A stretch of DNA of 57,129 nt, taken from assembly GCA_020047785.1 (NCBI GenBank), contig JAIFNI010000061.1, forward strand, positions 1-57,129. The letters are read 5' to 3'. Within the stretch, counting starts at the first letter, position 1. The number at the start of each line of letters is the position of its first letter. Below are positions 1-8,265 of the stretch, piece after piece. Below the pieces are notes generated by a model, which was not told the origin of the DNA, did no database searches, and saw only the letters and a list, made by a program, of their open reading frames with translations. This DNA comes from Clostridia bacterium. GTDB taxonomy: Bacteria; Bacillota; Clostridia; DSM-8532. The position numbers and the translations under genes were made by a program.

Positions 1-135
1 TTCGGCATGGAATGGACCCCTGCGCTCGAACTGCTTCAGATCCATAAATGACATGGCGCGAGAGAAGCGAAGTCCGTGCTTCTTCATCACTTGGTGTGGA
101 AGGGCGCAGAACGTGTTCCTTCTGTGCGGAACTGC

Positions 136-186
136 GATAAAATCCTGCATAAGAACCGGCAAATGCGCCGTTTTATGCAGGATTTC
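136..186 (-). terminator. Hairpin just downstream of the 201..710 CDS; possible (bidirectional) terminator
   Basis: Perfect 13-bp stem aaatcctgcataa (140-152) / ttatgcaggattt (173-185) with a 20-nt loop holding a 4-bp sub-stem. T/A-rich flanks. Lies 15 nt beyond the stop codon at 201-203. Confidence 0.35.
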
Positions 187-200
187 ATGCATGCGGAAGT

Positions 201-710
201 TCAAGCAAGAAAATAGCAATAATCCAGAATGACTTTTCCTTCCGAATCTCCGGTCAGGAAGCGGGCGTCGGCATAGCGTTCGAAGAACCAGCCGTCCGGC
301 GCAGTTTTCCACCCTTCCTTTTTGATGGCTTCCATACACATTGCACAGGGATCCATCCCGAAGATCTCCCCATTCTCCATGCTTCCACGAACCCAGAAGG
401 AGGCAATTTCTCCGGCATCCAAATCCACATACGTGTAGCCTTCCGGCACCGATGTACCCGAAGGACAGAAAAGGCCGATCCAATACTCGAAGACACCCTC
501 TGTGAAACGCATGCCGCCGAGTGTGGCGTCTCCATCCGCAATGGCAGCCGCTGAACCGAAGAGCGGAGCAAACCAGTCATTCGCGTTCCATTCGTCCCAT
601 TTCGGGCCGAAGCTGCCATTCGCGTCTCTATCCCCATCCCCGTACCGTTTTCCGATGAGCCTGAGTTCAGGCATCTGTTCCCTGTACATCTTCACGATTT
701 CTGCCGCCAT
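201..710 (-). CDS. GyrI-like / Cass2-type small-molecule (effector) binding domain protein
   Basis: From ORF 201..812. ATG at 710 preferred because GGAGG lies 7 nt upstream. Size and sequence pattern resemble stand-alone effector-binding domains by eye. Start uncertain. Confidence 0.55.
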   Translation of the reverse strand: MAAEIVKMYREQMPELRLIGKRYGDGDRDANGSFGPKWDEWNANDWFAPLFGSAAAIADGDATLGGMRFTEGVFEYWIGLFCPSGTSVPEGYTYVDLDAGEIASFWVRGSMENGEIFGMDPCAMCMEAIKKEGWKTAPDGWFFERYADARFLTGDSEGKVILDYCYFLA

Positions 711-869
711 GATGGCACCTCCGTACATCACCCGATGTTTGCCGCTCTTTGACTTACGCTGAAAAACGATTTCATATGCAATAGCTTTGCCGTCTCCCGT
801 TTGGAGACACATGGCCCGGCTGCAAGGATGTTCCGCGGCCTGCCTGACGATTTCAGCAGCAAAGTCGCT

Positions 870-2165
870 TCATCCCCGTGGCAACATGAATGCCTCCACG
901 ATTTCTTCCACCTGCTCATCATTGATGGCCACCATCTCTCCGATCATTCGGGAATCAATGATGCCCTTCGCGCTGTATTCCGCGACCTCCAGCCTATCGA
1001 AAGCATTCAGCAGGCTGCTCCCTGTGACGATGACCGCATCGTTCTCCACGATGGCGACCGGTACGGAGGGAATGAACAGGTCCGCCGTCAGCTCCGGCTG
1101 CAGGACGGATGCGGCAAATGGAATTTTCGGCACGTTTCGGAGCATGATGTAACTTTCCGGTATGGTCCTTGAATCGAAGGCAGCCTCTGTGACCGCAAAG
1201 GCCATGATGTTCGGCGCATGGGCAATAATGACGGCCTCCACATGCGGTTGCTTCCGATAGATTGCCTCATGAAGCGAGACAGACTGGCTGGGCACCTTCC
1301 CGGCTTCCCGCCTCCCATTTCGGATGAGGACAGGGTCGCCGAGTTCCAGGTATTTTCTGTCCGTATCATATGGCGTGATCAGGAATGTTTCCGCATCCAG
1401 CCGCACTGAGAACGTCCCCTGCGTGCTGGTGAACAATTGCTGATCATAGGCACGATGCACGAGCCCGCACATTTCCCGCCTTGCTTCGTTTTCACGGCTG
1501 GACCGCCCATGCGGGGTGAATTCCTGCATCTCCTCTCCCAGTGCATTTTCGAACTTCTCCAACGCTTCCTCGCGCAGTACGAACGGTGAACCGATGCGGC
1601 GCGCGTTTATCTCGATGCGTGCCGTGAAGTCCAGCGTCTCGAATGCCTTGAAAGCCTCGAACAGGTTCTTGTCGGCCACGACGACTCCATGGTTTTCCAG
1701 CATCACCAGATTGAATCCCCTCTCGAACTCGGAGGCGATCTTGTCCCCCAATCTCATGCTGCCCGGCAGATCGTAGGGAGCCATGCCCACATTTCCGCAG
1801 ACAAGGTGGGACTTCGGCAGGAGCCGGGTGTGCGGTATCACCCGCGCGATGCTGAACGCGACCAATGCCGGCGGGTGGGCATGCAGCACGGCACGAACGT
1901 CCTTCCGGATCTCATAGACCCGCTTGTGGAATGGAAATTCGATGGAGGGCTTGTGATGCCCGACCGCAGTGCCGTCGGGTTTCACACACATGATGTCCCT
2001 GCGGGTAAGGGTACCCTTGTCGATGCCGCCCGGCGAAATCCAGATATCCCCGTTGTCATCGAGAATCGACAGATTGCCGCCTGATGTCGTGGTCATGCCG
2101 TTGCGGTAAATGCGATCCATGATCATGACAATCTGGTCGGCGGGATGCAGCAATGTGAAGTCCAT
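870..2165 (-). CDS. Class II aldolase/adducin-fold protein, two tandem aldolase-like domains
   Basis: 431-aa ORF with AGGAGG upstream. N-terminal half shows the FucA-type pattern (GGNLS..., HAHPP). Follows the rhamnose genes on the same strand. Confidence 0.75.
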   Translation of the reverse strand: MDFTLLHPADQIVMIMDRIYRNGMTTTSGGNLSILDDNGDIWISPGGIDKGTLTRRDIMCVKPDGTAVGHHKPSIEFPFHKRVYEIRKDVRAVLHAHPPALVAFSIARVIPHTRLLPKSHLVCGNVGMAPYDLPGSMRLGDKIASEFERGFNLVMLENHGVVVADKNLFEAFKAFETLDFTARIEINARRIGSPFVLREEALEKFENALGEEMQEFTPHGRSSRENEARREMCGLVHRAYDQQLFTSTQGTFSVRLDAETFLITPYDTDRKYLELGDPVLIRNGRREAGKVPSQSVSLHEAIYRKQPHVEAVIIAHAPNIMAFAVTEAAFDSRTIPESYIMLRNVPKIPFAASVLQPELTADLFIPSVPVAIVENDAVIVTGSSLLNAFDRLEVAEYSAKGIIDSRMIGEMVAINDEQVEEIVEAFMLPRG

Positions 2166-2201
2166 GATGTCCTATCCTCCTGCCGGAACAGCTTAGGCGC
2201 C

Positions 2202-2303
2202 GGAAGAAAATTACCTGCTCTTTTTCCGAAAAGAATGACAGGTTTGGTCATTGTTTTCGGAAATTCATAGAGCAGGTTATTTTCTTCCAAGCCCTTAGGG
2301 CTT
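2202..2303. other. 87-nt long imperfect palindrome plus an abutting 15-nt hairpin between two co-directional CDS
   Basis: Outer stem 2202-2221 / 2269-2288 (20 bp, 1 mismatch). Inner stem 2223-2239 / 2247-2263 (17 bp, 1 mismatch), 7-nt loop. Then aagccc tta gggctt at 2289-2303. Confidence 0.75.
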
Positions 2304-2313
2304 CATTCCCGCA

Positions 2314-3375
2314 TCAACGGGCCATTTTCTGAACAAGGCTTTTGCGATAAGCCTCGCTCTCCCAGTTCCGGATGAAATCCACATCCGACGGCGTCATGGT
2401 TTTCAGGGTCAGGCCGATCTTTCTGATATTTTCCATCACCCATGCAAACCCGAGCAGTGTCTCCTCCATGGCCAGCGCTTCGCTTTCACCGGCTTTGTAG
2501 CGGATGCTCCCTGTAGCCGGATCAAGGTCGATTTTTCTGGTGGAAGGCTCTCCCAGCATGCTGCTGTTCAGATAGACCAGCTGGTCCGGATACAATGGGA
2601 ATTCTTCGAAATAGGCCGCATCCGCTCCTTTTTCCTTCAGGAACGCCAGCACGGCAGGCGTATCGGAGACGTACACGCCGTCGGATTCAGCTTTCACCGC
2701 CGGGACAGGGAATCTGTCCGTCAGATGGAAATACCGTGCAATCCGACCATTCACTTCATCATGAAGCTGGAGTGCCGAATCGGCATCGTCTCCCCAGGTG
2801 ATCACACCATGGTTCTCCATGAAGATGACATGCGGGTCCGCTCCGGTTTCCGCTTTCATTCTCTCGCGTTCCGCCTTGATTTTCAGCGTGAGGCAGAACC
2901 CCGGATTGATGTATGGAATCCAAAGGGAAGGAAATCCGGCGTCCGTGAACAGCTTCCGCACGAGGGTTTCGCCCTCCGTGCTGCAGCAGAGCAGATTTGA
3001 CTGGACGGCATGCGTATGGATGACGAAATTGCCGAGAACAGCATGAAATCCGGCCTCCACGGAGGGTCTCAGGCCTTGAGGACCGAAGCCCTTTACAGCC
3101 GAGTCTTTGGCCACTGCAACACTTTCCTTTTCGAAATCCCGATCTTCCTGCACGTCCACCGAAGCATACCACTCCCGGATGGCTTTTGCGTCAACCACGA
3201 CATAGGCCTGGTCCATCACGATCTGGTTGAGCCGGAATCCGGATGCCTTGACAGCCATGCACCCGGCAGAGAGTTTCACGGACGTGTTGCCCCCGCCGCC
3301 CTGTACATAATCGGCGCGGGCCCCGGCGGTCTGGGACATGCGGACATATTCCTGCAGCAATTGGTTGTCGGTCAT
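2314..3375 (-). CDS. Class II aldolase-domain protein resembling the N-terminal aldolase domain of RhaE/YuxG-type rhamnulose-1-phosphate aldolases
   Basis: 353-aa ORF, GGGGAGG RBS. Motif GGGGNTSVK...VKASG typical of that domain. Directly downstream of rhaA. Confidence 0.65.
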   Translation of the reverse strand: MTDNQLLQEYVRMSQTAGARADYVQGGGGNTSVKLSAGCMAVKASGFRLNQIVMDQAYVVVDAKAIREWYASVDVQEDRDFEKESVAVAKDSAVKGFGPQGLRPSVEAGFHAVLGNFVIHTHAVQSNLLCCSTEGETLVRKLFTDAGFPSLWIPYINPGFCLTLKIKAERERMKAETGADPHVIFMENHGVITWGDDADSALQLHDEVNGRIARYFHLTDRFPVPAVKAESDGVYVSDTPAVLAFLKEKGADAAYFEEFPLYPDQLVYLNSSMLGEPSTRKIDLDPATGSIRYKAGESEALAMEETLLGFAWVMENIRKIGLTLKTMTPSDVDFIRNWESEAYRKSLVQKMAR

Positions 3376-3500
3376 TTTATCAACCTCCCCGGGTTCTCAT
3401 ATGGAAATCGTTCCATGGCAACCGGAACCTGCCTGTTCGTCCTGTTGAAACAAGCGTGTTCCGAATGAACAGCACGTACTTGAAGACGAGACAGGACCGT

Positions 3501-4775
3501 TCAAGCACGCTTCAGCAGGACAGCCTGTTCATACTCGCCCGCTTCGTCCACCCAGTCGGTTCCGACGGGAACGCCTGCCTGCTGGCAGAACATATCCCAG
3601 ACGGCCGCAAACGGAAGGGATTTGTACTCTTCCACCAAAGCCAGACGGCGACCGTAATTTCCGGCAGCTTCCGCTTCAAGCAGCAGGAAGGTGGGTTCAA
3701 GCAAGGCAATCAGAATAGCCTTCTGCGCGGCACGGGTTCCGGTAACCCAGGCCATGATGCGGTTGATGCTGCCGTCAAAGAAATCCAGCGCGAAATAGAT
3801 CCGTTCGAACGCATCGCAGCGTTTCACTTCCTGGGCCAACGAAAGGAGATCGTCGTTCAGGGTGACCACGTGATCGCTGTCCCAGCGGACGGGACGGGAA
3901 ACGTGCAGCAGAAGGGTATCCGCATACAGCAAGGTGGCGGAGATCTTGTCCGCCACACTTTCTGTCAGGTGAAAGTGTCCCATGTCGTAGCAGACAGTCA
4001 CATCGTTTTTCAAGCCATAACCCAGGACAAATTCATGGGAAGCAACCGTGTATGATTCCACGCCGATGCCGAAAAGCTTGCTTTCAAAGGCATCGACAAG
4101 GTATTTCCGGTCGTACTTGGTCAGAAGGATGAGGTCCATCGCATGCTTCATGCGCTGGCGATAGCCGAGACGATCCGCCGGCTGATCCTTCATTCCGTCC
4201 GGGAACCAGATGTTCATGACACAGGGGGTTCCGGTCTCCTTGCCAATATCGGAGGCGATGGCCCGGCAGGCTTTGACATGGTTGATCCAGAACGTGCGTA
4301 CTTCTTCATCCGCACTGGAGACCGTGAATCCGGAAGCGGCCATCGGATGCCCGAAGCAGCTTGGATTGAAGTCCACGCCGACACCAAGCTTCTTCGCCCA
4401 ATCTATCCATTTCCGGAAATGCTCCGTCTTCAGCTGGTCACGCGGAACGGAAACACCATCCGTTTCCGCATAGATGGCGTGAAGGTTCACCCGGTGCTTG
4501 CCGGGAATGAGGGAAAGTGCCTTCTCATAGTCGGCACGAAGCTCATCGCCGTTCCGCGCCGCACCGGGATAGGAACCGGTGCTGAGGATGCCGCCCGAAG
4601 TTCCGCCCGCGTCCGTCTCGAAGCCCCGCACATCATCCCCCTGCCAGCAATGCAGGGAAATGGGCTGCTTCATGATTTTCGCCAGCACGGCATCCGTATC
4701 AACACCCAATAACGCATATCTGGCCTTCGCGCCTTCATAAGCCTGTTGAATCGTCAATTCACTTATTTTTCCCAT
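3501..4775 (-). CDS. rhaA: L-rhamnose isomerase
   Basis: ORF 3501..4841. ATG at 4775 chosen (GGGAGCGAGG upstream). Contains the HCWQGDDVRGFE signature and is of RhaA-like length. Confidence 0.9.
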   Translation of the reverse strand: MGKISELTIQQAYEGAKARYALLGVDTDAVLAKIMKQPISLHCWQGDDVRGFETDAGGTSGGILSTGSYPGAARNGDELRADYEKALSLIPGKHRVNLHAIYAETDGVSVPRDQLKTEHFRKWIDWAKKLGVGVDFNPSCFGHPMAASGFTVSSADEEVRTFWINHVKACRAIASDIGKETGTPCVMNIWFPDGMKDQPADRLGYRQRMKHAMDLILLTKYDRKYLVDAFESKLFGIGVESYTVASHEFVLGYGLKNDVTVCYDMGHFHLTESVADKISATLLYADTLLLHVSRPVRWDSDHVVTLNDDLLSLAQEVKRCDAFERIYFALDFFDGSINRIMAWVTGTRAAQKAILIALLEPTFLLLEAEAAGNYGRRLALVEEYKSLPFAAVWDMFCQQAGVPVGTDWVDEAGEYEQAVLLKRA

Positions 4776-4933
4776 GATATCCTCGCTCCCTGCGGACAAT
4801 GTCCGCCCATTCATCCGGACCGCAAAACAAGCGATCTCCATGAAACCATTCTACCGGGACCCGACCGGTGCCCGCGCGGGGGAATCTTACGAGGGATGCG
4901 GGGGATGACAGCGGGCTTTGCATCCCGAACCTC

Positions 4934-6415
4934 TCAACCTTTTGCCAGAACAGCTTCGAATCTGCCATACCCATCGTCCCAGGCCGACGGGTTCTGCGGT
5001 TCCACTGCCACGGTTTCGACAGAACGTTTGACCAGGGCACGGGCCTCTGCCAAACCTGACAATTCTCCCAGCGCCACCAATTGGCCTGCCAGATTGCCGA
5101 GGGCGGTCGCTTCCGAAGGGCCGGCCAGCACGGGACGATTCAGCGCATCGGCCGTGAACCGGTTCAGCAGCGTATCGCGGGAACCGCCGCCGACGACATG
5201 CAGGACATGCAGGACAGGGATTCGCTTCCCGGTAAGAGATTCCAGTTCTCCGAACGTCTTTCTGTACTTCATGGCCAGACTTTCCAGAATGCATCTGACG
5301 ATGGCACCCTTCGACTCCGGTGCCGGCTGACCCGTGCGCAGGCAGAAATCTCGGATTTTATCGGTCATGTGCCCGGGTTTGCCGAATTCAGGCGCATCCG
5401 GATCGATCAGGCAGCGGAAGGCCGCCTCCTTTTCCGCTGCGGCAGCCAACTCGTCGAACGAGACAACTTCGCCCTTGCGGTCCCAGTCCCGTTTGCATTC
5501 CTGCAGGATCCACAAGCCCATGATGTTCTTCAGCAGCCGTGTCGTGCGGTTCACGCCGCCCTCGTTCGTGACATTCATCCGGAATGCCGCTTCCGTGAGA
5601 ATTGGGGCGGGAAGTTCCACGCCCATCAGCGACCAGGTGCCGCTGGACAGGTAGGCGAAATCCTTGCCGTCGGCTGGAACCGCCACCACAGCGGATGCCG
5701 TGTCATGACCGCCGACGGAAAGAACAGGAATCGGACCAAGACCCAGTTCGGACTGATTCTGACGGGTCAGCACGCCGTTTCGGCAAAGCGGATCAGTCAC
5801 CGGGAGCAGCATATGAACAGGAATGCCCAAAGCGGTCAGCATCTCCGACGCCCATTCCCCGGTTACGGGATTCAACATCTGGGAGGTGGATGCGATGGTG
5901 CGCTCGCAGACCTTTTCACCCGTCAGGAAATATCCCATGAGATCCGGGGTGAAAAGAAGTGTTTCAGCCTGTTCCAGCAGTTCCGGCTGCGACTCCGCCA
6001 ACGCCATGAGGTGATAGAGCGTGTTGATTTCCATGAACTGAATGCCGGTCTGTGCATATATTTTTTCCATGGTGAGCAGGGCGGAAGCTTTTGCCATCTT
6101 CCCGAGGGTCCGCATGTCACGGTAATGGACGGGGTTTCCCAATAAGGCCCCCCGCTTGTCAAGCAGTCCGAAGTCCACCCCCCACGTGTCGATGCCGATG
6201 CCCGACAGGTCCGCATGGCCGGCGCGCTGCGCGGCATACAGTCCCTGCTTCGTTTCATGGAGCAGACGAAGGGTGTCCCAATGCAGCGTATCCCCGACTT
6301 GGACGGGATCGTTGGAAAAGCGCCAGAGCACTTCAGTTTCGAGACGGCTGCCATCGTAATGGCCAAGCACGGCACGGCCGCTGCTGGCTCCGAAATCATA
6401 GGCTAGCATTTTCAT
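4934..6415 (-). CDS. rhaB: Rhamnulokinase (FGGY family)
   Basis: ORF 4934..6442. ATG at 6415 preceded by AGGAGG. N-terminus DFGASSGR and overall FGGY pattern match RhaB. Adjacent to rhaA. Confidence 0.88.
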   Translation of the reverse strand: MKMLAYDFGASSGRAVLGHYDGSRLETEVLWRFSNDPVQVGDTLHWDTLRLLHETKQGLYAAQRAGHADLSGIGIDTWGVDFGLLDKRGALLGNPVHYRDMRTLGKMAKASALLTMEKIYAQTGIQFMEINTLYHLMALAESQPELLEQAETLLFTPDLMGYFLTGEKVCERTIASTSQMLNPVTGEWASEMLTALGIPVHMLLPVTDPLCRNGVLTRQNQSELGLGPIPVLSVGGHDTASAVVAVPADGKDFAYLSSGTWSLMGVELPAPILTEAAFRMNVTNEGGVNRTTRLLKNIMGLWILQECKRDWDRKGEVVSFDELAAAAEKEAAFRCLIDPDAPEFGKPGHMTDKIRDFCLRTGQPAPESKGAIVRCILESLAMKYRKTFGELESLTGKRIPVLHVLHVVGGGSRDTLLNRFTADALNRPVLAGPSEATALGNLAGQLVALGELSGLAEARALVKRSVETVAVEPQNPSAWDDGYGRFEAVLAKG

Positions 6416-6486
6416 GGATTGCCTCCTGTCGGGATGATTCACTTTTTGTCATTTTCCCTGTATTGCGTCGATTTTCCATCTCTCCG

Positions 6487-6550
6487 GGAATGGTTATCTC
6501 TTGGAATGGTTTTCTCCTGGAATGGTTTTCTCTTGGAGTGGTTGGGAAGG
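6487..6550. repeat. Four tandem 16-nt units (GGAATGGTTWTCTCYT, last unit degenerate) upstream of the rhaB operon
   Basis: Units at 6487-6502, 6503-6518, 6519-6534, 6535-6550, read directly. They lie 70-135 nt upstream of the rhaB start, in a divergent intergenic region. Confidence 0.8.
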
Positions 6551-6748
6551 AGACCGTTAGGATTGGGCCCATGACATTCAGCATCCGTTTACAATTTTAC
6601 ATCAGGTTCGGCTTTTCCGCATGGGTCTTTTCTACGATTCTCATCTGTTTTTCGAATGAGTTTCACATGTTCCCTTCGCCAACCACGTATGATATGCTCG
6701 CTTTGTTGATGTCCATGAACGACGCACCATTTCGAAAGGAGCATGCAG

Positions 6749-7279
6749 ATGGATTTCCGGGAGATTGCAAAAAAAAGGTGTTCCGTCAGGGCATATGAGG
6801 ACAGACCGGTGGAAATGGAAAAGCAGATCCAAATCCTCGAATCCGGCCGTTTTGCGCCGACAGGCGCGAATCGGCAGCCTCAGAGGCTCATCGTCGTGAA
6901 GGAAACAGATGATCTGGCCCGACTGGCGGCAGGTGCGAACACGTTCAAGGCACCGCTTGCCATCATAGTCTGCGCCGACCATGGCGCCTCATGGAAACGT
7001 TCCTATGACCGCAAGGATATTGCGGATATCGATGCAAGCATCGTTACGGATCACATGATGCTGCAGGCAACGGATCTGGGCCTCGGTTCCTGCTGGATCT
7101 GCCACTTCAATCCGGAGGTCATCCGGAAGGAATTCAATATTCCGGCCCAAGTCGAACCCATCAACATTCTGGCAATCGGATATTCAGCGGACGCGCCCAA
7201 GCCGGACGACCGGCATGACCAGGACCGCATGCCGCTGAAGAGCATTGTCCATTACGGCCGATACGGCACCAAGGAATGA
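6749..7279 (+). CDS. Nitroreductase family protein
   Basis: ORF 6743..7279. Second ATG (6749) has GGAG 7 nt upstream. Shows RCSVRAY and the typical nitroreductase N-terminal pattern. Confidence 0.85.
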   Translation: MDFREIAKKRCSVRAYEDRPVEMEKQIQILESGRFAPTGANRQPQRLIVVKETDDLARLAAGANTFKAPLAIIVCADHGASWKRSYDRKDIADIDASIVTDHMMLQATDLGLGSCWICHFNPEVIRKEFNIPAQVEPINILAIGYSADAPKPDDRHDQDRMPLKSIVHYGRYGTKE

Positions 7280-7396
7280 CAACGGGTCCATCAGGTCCGA
7301 TACGGCATCAGGGAATGATAACGTCCGATACATCATCCGGGAATGACAACGGGTCCATCAGGTCCTATACATCATCCGGGAATGATTTCGGACCCC
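7258..7396. repeat. Four tandem copies (28-39 nt) of the 3' end plus stop codon of the nitroreductase gene
   Basis: Units start at 7258, 7297, 7325 and 7364 (CCGATACGGCACCAAGGAATGACAACGGGTCCATCAGGT and variants). The first unit encodes the C-terminal RYGTKE-stop. Confidence 0.75.
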
Positions 7397-7434
7397 TTTT
7401 GAATCAACAGGCAGCAGGAAAGGCGAGCATCAGC

Positions 7435-8076
7435 ATGAAAGAAAAAATTCTTCTGAATGAAATCCTTCTGGAAACCACCATGAGTGCACTCAGAAAAAAG
7501 AACTTCGACGTAGTCTGCGCAGATACCCCCCAGGATGCGCTGCGCATCCTGACGGAAACCATCCCGCAGGATTCCAGCATCGGTGTCGGCGGTTCACGCA
7601 CACTCGATCAGATTTCATTTTTCGACACATTCAATGTACAGCATTACCCGAATTATATAGACCGTTACGAAGCGGGCATCAGCGCAGAAACAAAGCGCGA
7701 ACGGGAAATCAGCATGCTGTCCGCGGATGTTTTCGTCAGTTCCTGCAACGGCATCAGCCAGACAGGCGAACTGGTGCTGATAGACGGGAACGGGAACCGC
7801 TGCGGCGGGATGACCTTCGGCCCCAAAAAGCGGATTGTGGTGGCCGGAGTCAACAAAATAGCCGCGGATCTTTCCGCAGCCATGTCAATGGCACAAAACA
7901 GGGCATCCGTCATGAACAATCTGCGTTTTGACACAAAAAATCCATGCACCATCACGGGCCGCTGCATGAACTGCGCGTCCACAAACCGCATCTGCAACGT
8001 CACCACCATCCTGCACCGCGCGGCGCCGGCCGGTTCCATACTGGTTGTGCTGGTCAAGGAAGACCTTGGCTTCTGA
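7435..8076 (+). CDS. LUD-domain (LutC/YkgG-like, DUF162) protein
   Basis: ORF 7276..8076. ATG 7435 follows the repeat tract and an AGGAAAGG RBS. Sequence pattern resembles lactate-utilisation LUD-domain proteins by eye. Confidence 0.7.
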   Translation: MKEKILLNEILLETTMSALRKKNFDVVCADTPQDALRILTETIPQDSSIGVGGSRTLDQISFFDTFNVQHYPNYIDRYEAGISAETKREREISMLSADVFVSSCNGISQTGELVLIDGNGNRCGGMTFGPKKRIVVAGVNKIAADLSAAMSMAQNRASVMNNLRFDTKNPCTITGRCMNCASTNRICNVTTILHRAAPAGSILVVLVKEDLGF

Positions 8077-8092
8077 AGGCCCTGACTCAGGA

Positions 8093-8251
8093 AAAGACTA
8101 CACAGTGCATAGCGCGTTGAATCATTTTCTCGGGAATGAAGGCTATAACATCAAAAAAGGGTATGTCTTTTCGAACGAGAGAGAAGTTCGGCAGAAGGAT
8201 AAAATCACCTGTCTGCCGATATACTTCGTAATGTTTTATAACAGCCCTTAA
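8093..8251 (+). pseudogene. Probable 3' fragment of a DUF4143/AAA ATPase gene (C-terminal ~50 codons only)
   Basis: Translation ...ALNHFLGNEGYNIKKGYVFSNEREVRQKDKITCLPIYFVMFYN resembles the conserved C-terminal tail (..S.L..F...PLY..) seen in the 56298.. copy. AT-rich by eye. No N-terminal part present. Confidence 0.4.
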
Positions 8252-8265
8252 GCTATCCTGACCCG

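Noticed and set aside
1-88. Possible 5' end of a minus-strand gene leaving the window (MKKHGLRFSRAMSFMDLKQFERRGPFHAE...), or the 3' end of a plus-strand gene stopping at 49-51.
   Set aside because: Only 16-29 codons are visible. There is no convincing RBS and no recognisable motif, so the evidence is too thin to call.
140-185. Recurrence of the AATCCTGCAT / ATGCAGGATT motif (140-185, 18739-18757, 37014-37023, and hairpin H6 of both elements) as evidence of a shared element.
   Set aside because: The shared words are only 10-12 nt long. The arm order is inverted relative to H6, and one site lies inside a CDS. This may be chance given how many hairpins were inspected, and it needs a genome-wide count.
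7276-7434. N-terminal 53-codon extension of the LUD-domain ORF.
   Set aside because: The extension is encoded entirely by the tandem repeat of the nitroreductase 3' end. An ATG with an RBS at 7435 gives a normal-length LUD protein.
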